The notes under the pieces are model-generated. The model worked only from the letters and a program-made list of their open reading frames with translations, searched no databases and was not told where the DNA came from. Below, piece after piece: positions 20,501-32,500 of a stretch of DNA of 64,000 nt (the stretch's first letter is position 1; each line of letters starts with the position of its first letter). The stretch comes from Tubiluchus corallicola (Eukaryota; Animalia; Priapulida), in NCBI GenBank assembly GCA_030141605.1, contig JAQGDQ010000002.1:620001-684000 (forward strand), read 5' to 3'. Made by a program: the position numbers and the translations under genes.

Positions 20501-23500
20501 TCAAATATATAACTAAAGTACTGGAACTGCTGAACTATGCTACGAAATTCTATGCATATCTGGCAAGCAACATCAGTTTTCGAAAAGCTTTTTCTTGTGT
20601 CATTACTACACCACTCTCCACATTAAATAGCTTGAGAATGACAGAAAATAAATTTGTCAACCACTCAACACAGTCGGAGATAACTGTTAACACGGTTGCA
20701 ACACAAGTGTCAGAACGTCATTTACCTGTGACAAATTGGATGCACCACTGTTACAACAATGTTGATTCTAATCACCAAGCAGTAATAGCCATCATTACAA
20801 CTCGATTGTAATTATGTAGACTGTCATAAAAAATGAAAACTGTAGACACTGCGGGAACATTATTTTTCCAACAAGGTTTTATTGACGTGGAAAGCTATGC
20901 TTTAATTTAAATTACACAATGATGTGAGATTAGCAACTTACAAAATATTTGAAAAGCCTCAAGGTCAGAGGTATAAGTTGCTTAAAAAACTAGCTATTAT
21001 CATTCATCTTCGATAAGTGAACTGGAATTGACATTTCAGAACTCAACTTGAAAAATATCATGCAATTTGCAGAAAAAAGTCACACCTTTCTATCCCTGTA
21101 AGTGTGGACATAACCTGCCGAAAGTTATAGAGGAAAACCGACTCGCCAACGTCGAGAATACTGCGATTGAAGCTCATCAACAAGTTCAATGGCAAGTCTG
21201 CAAATTCAACAGTAATTTGACAAATGGTTCCTAAATAATTTTTTCACAAATATAAATAATTCATGAGTTACCTTACTGTGGCAAAACTTAAGATAGCTTT
21301 CCTTTAACAAGCATCTGAATATGCAGTGTAACTGGCAAGTGGTTAATGCAACCACCAGCTCTAAAGTACTATGTAAGATATGTTTAAAATGTCTATATAT
21401 ATCTCTATATATGTCTATAAATGTCTATATATAAATAATTAAAATGTCTATATAAATAACTTAGCCTTTGTTTAAATCTTATTTAGTTAACATTCAAAGG
21501 GATTTAGTTTTATTTTTTGACACATCAATAAATATATTAGCTTTTGAAGTATCATGATTTTAACATTCAGCTTTATTGTCAATCTGATTATGAAATTGAT
21601 GCAGGTAACTGTAGGAGAAAGATGAAGCAAGATTTTTGTGGAGACTTCAATGAGAACAAGTACATTTTCAACTTACTATCATAAAAATGTCGTTGCACAA
21701 GGAAGTATGAAACAATGATTCACATTATATGAATAAATTGAAACATTTTGAATTACACATCATATTTCAGGAAACCTCCTAACTAAAGGAAGCATGTTCT
21801 CTTGATAAAAAGTGAGATACCATGAATACCTGTCACATCAGGCTTATTGGTTGTCTGAACTTTAAGCTCTGGCTGAAAATTATGGCAAAGCAACTCTGCT
21901 TGCGGACACAGTATCACGCCTGCATGCTCTTGTACCTGTTGCAGGAAACAAGTCAAAGCATTAAAAGCAACATAAATAAAATACATGTTCAATACATAAG
22001 CAGGCCTTAATGAATTTACTGTCAGCACTAAGTATGACCACTAAATGATAAAGGAAAGTCAGTCACATGTTTTCATAACATGTCATTCTTGCTTTAATGT
22101 GTTTCTCTTTTCACCAGTTTACAAATAACCATTAATTGCATCCATTATTCGACAACTCATCCAACAGTAAATTCCTTGCAATATATAGACTGGCAGTAAA
22201 AGAACTTTAATCCAAAAAAACAAATCACACACCAAGTTTTGCTTGGCAAATACCTCAAGTAGAAATGTTGTATTCCATCTCAACTGTCGAAAAAACTGCC
22301 TGGAATGACCATTTTAATGCCTGTTAAAAATAATTTTCCAATACGTACATGAATAAAATGTTGAGAAGGACATGGATACCAGCGCCAACCAATTTTTACA
22401 TGCAGTGTGTGTTTGTCAAGACAACGATGCATGTAGCAGTGGCCTTGCAATTCAATAGCACCTTTAACATCCTGAAATAATAACACTGATGGTATAAAAG
22501 TTTTTCATATTGGTTGCCCATTTCATGTAACATTAAATACACTTTTATTATAATTATATAACAATTATACAAGTGAGTCTACTGCAGTAATGCATATGAA
22601 TAAACCAACACAGAAACTTCAATAAGTAAAAATTTAGTATATGAAATCAATGAGCTGTTTGGTGATTGGTTTCTCCAGCAAATGACATGCAAATAGTGGA
22701 CTTGGAAACTATTAAGAATCTAGATAATTAGAATGTGTGGAAATTTTGACATGGTACTACACATACATGTTTTCTAACTACACTGTACAGTTATTTACGA
22801 AAACTGCAAAACTTGTAAGTGCTCAGTGCTCATGTTGCACAATATGTTCTCATCAGTAAAAGGTATAAAAAACCACACCAAGTATTATAACTTTCCTATT
22901 CAAATGTAGACTTTCGTCTGCAGCAACGCGAGACAGTAATACACCACAAGGTGCTATGAGCAATAGCCACCTGTCAATGCTCTCATCATTCTGTACTGTA
23001 ATGAGCCCACAGTACAGTAAATACTTGGAAAATAATTGGTGTTTGCCAACAGAAAAAACTACACAAAATTTGAAAATAATGCATGAAGAAAATTAACTGA
23101 TTTTTAATATATTATGTTTATGGTTACATCTCACAATTAGCTAAAGCATGCTAGCGTTTAAGAGGCAAGAAATTAGATTAAATAGGCTTTGATTTCAGTC
23201 ACTAAAACGACAGTTACATGTATAGGCCTACATGGGACAAAGATTTACACTCTGATCATCTGATCAAAATTGAGGAGAACTTTAACGTGAGAGAAGAAGT
23301 CAACTGGTTCAAAGAACTAGTCTACTGTTAGAAAAATCAAGTGTAAATAAATCATGATGTTAACAACTTTAAATGCAGTACAATAGTTACTCCTAGTAAC
23401 TCTCGAAAAATTTGGTAACAGTATGGTAACTACATAAATATTTTGATTCAAGAAATGACAGATTAAAATAAAGAATAATTCTAAAACCAATAATTAACCC

Positions 23501-26500
23501 TTATGGTATCTCTACTGTGAAATGGAAAGATGAATTACTTCCATTATTATTACTTCCATTATAGTGGAAAGGAAAGAAATATTGTTTTAACCTCATGAAG
23601 ACCAGCATTTATTAAATCCTAACTACACTCTGCGGATCCAACTGACGTACCACATAAGACCGCATAATACTGATACAAAACCGTGTGAACATCTCTTATT
23701 TCTTAACTTAAACAAATTCAGCATCTTCGTTTTTATAGCTGTGCCAATGTAATGTAGTAGTGTAATGAGTAAACTACTGTAGAATTTATTTTTACCACTC
23801 ATTTTTATATATGTAGTTAATGTACAGAATAACATGCTAATTATTCTTCCTGATACATAACTTATGCGAGTAAACGACTTTAATAAATAAATGCTTCTAA
23901 ATTATTGTACTTTCAACCTTTTCCAAAGCAGTTCAGCAATTATAACGGATACTGGAACCATAAATACACACTGCACTGATATAAAAAATGGTGGCTTTTA
24001 TCGATTACAGGTCACTCTATTTAATAATCCGGCCATTTAATAAATCCACTTAGTCTGGCCCAACACTGGATTTATTAACTGTACTGCATGAAAATTTTAA
24101 AAATACTATAGATATAGAAGCATAATGTAAAATCAGATTAAGCATTAAAAACAACTAACCTCTTTAGTGACATTGGACATAAAACATCGACTAATTTCAC
24201 CATAGACTTCCATGTGGTTGTCATCTTTGTTCTTGAGATGGAATCCATTAGTACATGCATTCTAAAAACATAGAAAATGTTCATTTAAAAAATACATTCA
24301 TTACAACATTGTAGGGAGTTAATTCTCTAGAGTGAAACTTTTTACTGTGAAAGAAAAATGAAAAGATTGAAAACACAAGTTTAGATAAACTCATCTACAT
24401 TGTAGCTAAATATTTAAGCAAGTTTTTCTAGGCGTTTTTGAGCAGCTTAACAAAAAAAGCTATACTCACCTCTTTGCTAGATTTATATACATGACAAGGT
24501 GATAAAAACAAATCCGTATCACAAATGCCCCGGTCCAAGTGTGTATAATGACACCCAAGAGACTTGCTATCAACAAACAAAGCAAAAATACAATCAAAAA
24601 TGGGAAATGATATTCAGAAATGTTTTAACTGGGAAATCTACAAAGAAGCAAAACTGAAAATACTAATAATGTTGCAAAAAATTTGTAAAAACGTACAGTC
24701 TAGTGCAGAAGTAAGAGCTATTCTTTGCTGTGCACTGATTCACTAAGCCAAATTCACAACCTTTCCCTGGAATCAAATTCTTTGGTTAAAACACATTATA
24801 TAGAATAAAATACAAATCATAGAATATTCATGAGATCAGAGTAATGCTATTGATGTATATGCAATTAAACTAACAAATTATTAAGATAAAAATGTTAACA
24901 TTCTTATACAGTTCAATAAACTACAATGCCCAATTGCAGAGCGTGCTACTAATTTCGAATAGTTCTAACAAAACCTAACTCAGTTTGTAAAATGAGACAA
25001 AGAGGAGGGCCTGCAGATACCAGATATCAACTATGAAGATAAATAGTAAGAGTAATATGACAACTTTTATAATAAAGAAAAGCAGTTTTTCATTGTGGTA
25101 ACTACAAATTAGATCTTCTTATCTTCAAAATACTAATAAAAAACTAAAGCCAAGTCGTCACAATCAAATGTCTTCTACTGAGTGGCCATAGTGTTTCATT
25201 TGTTTCATTTGAAAATCATTTGTTTCATCATTTACCAAAAATTTCTCCAATTGCTAACACATTGGCAGTATTGTTCAATCAGTCATAAGTGGCTGTAATA
25301 TTATGAAGATTTGCACGACATTTAGTTGTGTTTCTTGATTCAGTTTGTTGCTTGAGGTAACTTTTGCACGCATGCATAGCATGCTATGTTTACCACACCA
25401 TTGCTAGCTAATACCTGCACCCCAAGTGTATGAATCTGCCATGCTATAATTCACTCTGTACCACCCTGAATCCTCAAACGCAGCAAGGGTAATTCGATCT
25501 ATAAATGTCAAGTGTCCTGCACCAAGTTCAGGAGCCATGATGGAACTATACATCATACGTGGGTCCCAGTGGGAACTATATTCTCCATCCTATAAAGAAC
25601 AACTATACAAATATTTTGTATCATAATCTTCATGCTACTATATAAGACGACACTAGAGAGCTTATTTAGTTGTTGTTCATCCTGTCTCTCAATTCTGCTC
25701 CTCCCTCTTTCTCTCCATTCTCTTTTTTATCTCTTTCTCCCTCCCTCTTTCTCCCTACTCTCTCTCTCTCCTCTCTCTCTCCAATCTATTCCTTTCTTAA
25801 TATATAAATAAACTCCATTCTGTTTAGATGAGCATATGTTCTTCCTTTCTCCTTTATAAAACGTGTTACTCCAAGTTCACATTTACGCCCCTTGGCAGTT
25901 CATATAATACACTTACTTATATTCCAGTAGTTTATCAGACTTGTACCAGTCCATAACTAACTTTCAATCTGGGATTTTAATTTAAATTCGAATGGAATTT
26001 AGATACTAATCACTTTTGAAAAACTAACATGGACCTTAGGAATAGGAATTGGTGTTCCAATTTTAGCATGCTGTTTAGGAAATAAACTGCCCCATTAGTA
26101 ACAGTACACATAATAATTAAAAAACTGCTGAAATGTCAGCTGGTTCATAAATAACAACAATAAAGAAATATACAAGTCAAAGTAATAAACGAACAAAACA
26201 AAAAATTAAGTATTTTGCCTTAGTGTCGAGGGTGCCACCGAATTTTTCCTCAGCACATTGAAAATGTTGCTGGGCTTCACTCATAACTTGAGGTGTTACC
26301 AAATGAAAGACATCATTAACTGTATCTACATCAATAACTTCACTCCACGATTCACAATGTAAACCAAAATCTAAAAATAACAAAAATTCATGAGTCCACA
26401 AACCAAAAAATATGAGCAAGACGTAGTCAATACTCAAACATTTGAAAAACTGTTGTTGTAATTAAACAATGTGATGTTTGTTTATAATTAATGTTATGTA

Positions 26501-29500
26501 ATTATAATTAAACAAATAATTAATCAATTTAATGTGAAATCACATTTGTCGCATTCAACACAAACCCTAACTATACAAGAGCATTCACTGATCTTTCATT
26601 AACTAGAGACCATATGCATTCTAGTGTATTATTTCGGTATTTTTCAAAAAAATACTTTAACTGTTTAAATGCTTGCTATCTACAATCTATCCGATCTACA
26701 AACTTGGTTAGTAAAATGAATAAGATCGTCGAAAGTAAGACACGCCAGTCCAGTGACTCATCAAAAAGAATGCCTATATTAACTTTGAAAATGAGCCATG
26801 TTTTAGTGCAGCCATTCAACGTTAGTAGTAAGTATAGCTTATGAACACTGGATATCAGCGTGCAGTATATTTACAAAAAAGTTTGCCTAGTTTCTGCACA
26901 AAAGTTCATATTTTACAAACTTTACTTTGAATGCTATGTGTATGCTACATATATTGGGTGGCACAGAAAAAATGTACCGAAGTGAGACTACAATAATATT
27001 GAAGCAAATGCCCTAAAAAGTTGAAACTTTGCAACATGATATTACAATATATTAACTTTTGGCTGTGACAGTTGTAAGTTTATATTTTTAGTAGGTTTTA
27101 AGTTACAGCTGAAAAGCATTTTGTATTTTAAAAAAAAGTGTCGGAACTATGTCAGCTAATCACCAACTGAAAAACAGCCACTTTATAAAGCACTCGATAC
27201 AGGGCAGCAAAATAATTAAGAAATCAACCAGTTTACATCATCATATTCACCACAGAAAATATAGCACTGATAGAGATTTGCTATAAAGAATAAATGGGGC
27301 TTATGCTTCTGGACTATGGAATATTTCCCTTAAGGGAAAGTGTATGATGGCTGCACAGAGTCATTTCATGCAGAAAAACTAATTAGCTAAAACCAAAAAT
27401 TTGAGTGGTAAGACTTCTTTCAAAGAAGTGAGATACTGTATACTGGTTATCGGAAGAAAGTCTTTCATCTACTTTACATTGAAAATGGCGGACAAATAAA
27501 ACGCTTGCTGTAAATTTTAACAATAGTAACATACAAAATTTTTTCTATTTTTTTTTGACTTGTTGATTTACATGTCTGTATCTTTGGAAAAATATAAGGG
27601 AATGACCTACATTTTTACTCATAAGAGTCTGCAACATTAGTTTGATAATTTTAAAATGATTTCATTACTTTCTTTTTAAAATATGATGATCAAAACTTCC
27701 ACACACTTTTTACGCCACATTATATCACAAAATTCAGATTTACCAGAAATACTGCAGTTCTGAAAACTCTTAAACAAATCTTTTGAGAATCCAAGGGCAT
27801 GGAACAGCTCGTGAATGGCAGTCTAAAATAAGGAAAAATACATACTGTTAAAACAAGCAAAAAATGTTGATAACCAAACTGCAGTAACTACTGTAGATGC
27901 TAGTTAAAACTTTGAATATGATACTTCTTTCATATCTATTAAGGAACATAGTTTGATAATCTTTTTGTAAAAATTTGTAACTGACCTGTAGAGTAATCTA
28001 TAGTATTAATAAACTGATATATATATCAATGTATTTCAATCATATTCATAGGAGTTGGGAATTAAAATATAGTATTATTTCTAGTTTAATTCATATGAAA
28101 ATGACAACCTTTATTTAATAAAATGTGCTAAGAAACACAATTAATTACACAAACTTTAAAAGAAGAAATATTCTGAAACTAGTGTTGTTGGAAACACTGT
28201 CGTGAAGCTAATGAAAGCTCAAAAATTAGACGCTGATATTATCGAAGATGTGAACTTAGTACTCAATCGGGATCAAATTTGTAAGCTTGTAAAGATACTA
28301 GCAAAGTAACAGATTGAAAAAAAGCTATATTGAATAACTTTATTTGAAACTTTACACAATTACTAAGTATTTATGTAACAAAAAATTTCTCTGGAATGTT
28401 TACCAACTCTGCTCGATCCTTGTTGTACAGACTTGGCTTGAGATGATCTGGACAAAAATTTACAAAACCAGCAATGGGACGACCATATTGGTCCATCCTA
28501 CAGTAAACTGCATAAGCAATAATGTGCTGAAAACAAAATCAATGAAGGTAAATAATTGAAGAAACAGGAAGCAGCCAACTTCCCCTATTAGAATTTCTGA
28601 TATCACAATCTAAAAATATTGCAAGAAAATGCCTTTTTCTTAAATAAAGTTAAAATACTATTGACATAGAAATTAGTTGAATGTCTACTGTATATCTCAA
28701 ATTCAAGGTATCTTCTTATCAGATTTACATTTTCTGCAAATAATAGTCATCTCTTTCAAATATTTAAAATACATTATTATAAATGTAAATACTGGTCAGT
28801 GTATACTGTATACGGTATAGTATACATCTAACTACACAACTTATTCTTGAATTAAAACAAATTTGTACACATTATTTGAGACAAGTTGTTGTCCTGGCAT
28901 AACCATCATCGGTAGTAGCCCAGCATTAAGTGTTGCATTCAAGTTACAGTGTGCAAACTGTAGAAAAAAGCTGTCAAGCACAAATTTTTGTAATACTTTA
29001 CCTTAGTTGTACACGTATTTGTGGTACTAGAATAAATGTACAAAATGAAATCAGTGTCAGCCACACCAGATCCATGCGGAAAAGCTTGTTCAATAGGTGC
29101 ACCATATGTACGATTATAAATATTTAAAGCCTCCAAGTGAGACTCGGGAATCTATAAAACAAAAACAAAAATATCTCGTACAAAACGGTCTATTATTCTT
29201 TTACTCCTTCCAGCACTTCTTGCAAATACTCACTATTTATTTTATACACTCATAATCATATATATCTTACATTAGACTTACTCTAAAGTCATCTACATCC
29301 TTTGCACATTTTTCTCCTCTGTAGAATGGTTCTTTTCTGCCACACCGACCAGCATTTTTTCCATGGGTAAATACTGAGCGACAAGACGTTTCTCGACTCA
29401 GCACCAGAGGGCCTCGTACCGGTACAACTGGAACAAAGCTTAGAGTAAAATTTTCAATATCAGATCAAACAATTTTTGCACAGTACAAATTTACACCTAT

Positions 29501-32500
29501 AGTGTGATTTATGTAGGTCGACCCAAGGTTAAATGCTAATTGCATTCATTCTTTTAATGGTTGTTTGTAAAAAGAGATGAGATGTATGTGTATCAGATTT
29601 TTAAGAAATAAATAATGCATTATTATTACACATATTATCATTGTTAAATAGTTACACATAAAGAAAGTCAAATCCTCAAAGAAAACCTAAAATTACTTAT
29701 GATAGCAAACAAAATAGTCCACTGGCGCTTTCACACTAATGTGGGATGACTATGTCAACTTAGGCTAATGTGAAGCAACAGATTAAGAAATAGTCAGTCA
29801 ATCACAAATATGCAAAATCTGATTTTAATACAAAAACATGTTGTATGTAAACAAACTGCTTTGATTAAGTTAATTCCCAACAGCGATGCCGGCCCTATAG
29901 TGTTACTAGCATGTATGTCATAATCAAGGTGACAGCTTATTTTTGCTCTAATGAATTTGAACGCGTGTTCCTCTTTCTTAGTACCCGAAAATAAATCACA
30001 TTCCAAACTACGGTGTGGAATTTACCCGGGAATTTTTTGCAGAACGGTGCATTTGCTTAACATGCAGGCATCTGGTACTACTTTAAAACCAGAAAGTATT
30101 AGAAATTTACTACGGAAAAAATTAAGTTTTTTAATAGTGGCTTTGGAACAGCACATTCTGGACATTAGCAAATAAGGTGAAAAATATAAAAAATGCAATC
30201 TACTACCTAGTTAATTCTAGCTAGTCCTAAACACCATATCTGTATGTGGAGCATTCCAAGGGCACAAGTACAAGTGATTAGGTCCCCAGGCAAGCATAGA
30301 AATACTTATTTCACGTAGCATATTTTATCTAGAAACAATGCACGATTAGCTCAGCACATAACTGTTGGACATGACTTGCTTACAACCTATCAGCACTTCC
30401 GGAGCCACGATCACTTGAATGAGTCATGTAAAAAATGCCCTAATACATCCACATTGAAACAATACTAATTCAAAAAAAATACCACTGATACCAACAAACA
30501 AAATGTAAATAAAAAAATTTGCTTTGGTATATGTTATGAACCACCGATAGGCAGGTTTCCAACTATTGATCAGAACAAGGAAAGCTTGAGAGCCTTCAAG
30601 GTAATAAATAAAAATTATCCAAAGTAGATCTCTTGTGATGATATAAAGATTTACTTTCCCGTTATTTGGACATGATGACGATGATGTCTGTAAAAAATTA
30701 CAGAAATACGCAGATCAACTGTACCACTGCTCAATCATGTTAACTGTGTCTGTTTCTATGTTACCAAGTTTAATTTTTTTGCTGTTTGCTAGCCTATCAC
30801 GAGTTGAATAACCAAAACATTTTGGAAGTTTCTTCCATCTAACAGAAAACCATTTCAAGACTCAGTTATCAACAGCTAGCTATTCAAAGATTTTGCTTAA
30901 TGGACTGGCTTTTTAGATTCCTAACCTAATTTGTGCAGGTGACAGATTTATGTTCATGGATTTCAAACAAGGTACCGTATTAGCAGTCACTACACTTAAA
31001 TACAAACATAAATTCAGTAGAAAGAAACCTTTCAGATGTGTGGCACATGTTACAAGAAAAACTGCTTGAAAATGGATCAGAAAGCTGTAATATATGTAAA
31101 AAAGTGTTTATACTTAAAAAAGGGGACCATAATGTCCTCCAGATAAATTTAGATGTAATAAAGAAAATTTGGGGCATTTGTGGGCAATCCTGGGCAAAAC
31201 TTTTTCTGCAAGACTCCCATGAGCAGTGACATATTCTTTATAATGCTCAAAGGACTGCAAATGAGGACAAGGATTTTATTTCAAGAATGTCATTATCCAA
31301 CAGTGCCAGCATCACAGAACTCATAAACTGATTTTTCATCATTTCATTATGTTAGGCACCCAATCTTCCACTTTTGTTACCTTGTAAACGAAGAGGGCTA
31401 TAATCAAGAATCTTGCAAGGTAGACACCTGGGATAGAAACATTGAAAGTGGTCTGGCAAACAATGACATCTGTCAAAGGGTTAAGGACAATGGACATCAG
31501 GTACAAACACAGTCACTTTGTTAAGCTCACTGAATTGAATCTGAATTCATTTAGTCATGTTATCATTAAAAAACTTCAAATAGCTTCTGATAGGCTACAG
31601 TGACATGGTATAATCACCAAACCTGTGCAAACCGCTGAAAAGTCAAACCAGAAGGATTACCAAAATCAACACAGGAAACATACTCAATTAGATCTGGCAC
31701 CATTCGTTTCGTGTCGTTTATATAGGCGATCTTTTGTTTCAGAAATCAGGCTCGTAAACCGCTTGCAGTAGAAGCACAAATTGTAGTTTTGTAAAGACCA
31801 ACCACGCAAATAGTTACTCTCATAATTAATGTAGCAGCCATAGTAGTAGCCAAGGACTTCTCTTCTACGATCCTTTCAGAAAATGCAGCTTGCATTTTTT
31901 TGTGCACGTGCATATGTTGTGTTCCACAATTCTACATAATGATTTGCAAACAACAGACTGTCCTCTTTTACAAACTATGACATATTCTCTGTAAGAACTT
32001 GTAACTTTTAAGTTCAGTGAGTGTTCATAAGCTTCGACTTTTTGCTAGTGTTTTGTGCACAATCAAATCAAAAACGTTTTCTTTCTCACAGACAGCACTT
32101 TTAGAGATACTTTTCTATTTTTGGGATATTGTAAAGATATTGCAATTGACTACAACACAAGTACGTTTAATTGATGGGCCTGAATACATCATACATGTTG
32201 ACTGACACTATAACAAATGGTGGCTTACTTGTTCTAATAATTATCTTTCTCCTGTATGCCATATTTATTTAATTTTTTTTTTGGGGTATAATTTTGTACT
32301 CTTTTAAATGTGCTATGTGTGAAAACAAAAAAATTAAATACATCTAAATTACATTTCGACTGAAACATTTACATGTTTAGTACGTTTACCTGAGAACAAG
32401 TGAGTGATTTTGTACACAGCATTGTTCACTATCATGCGCAGGTTAGTCTGTTCCACATCAGTCAACTCCTGGTCGATATTGTGAAATACTGGGCGAATGC

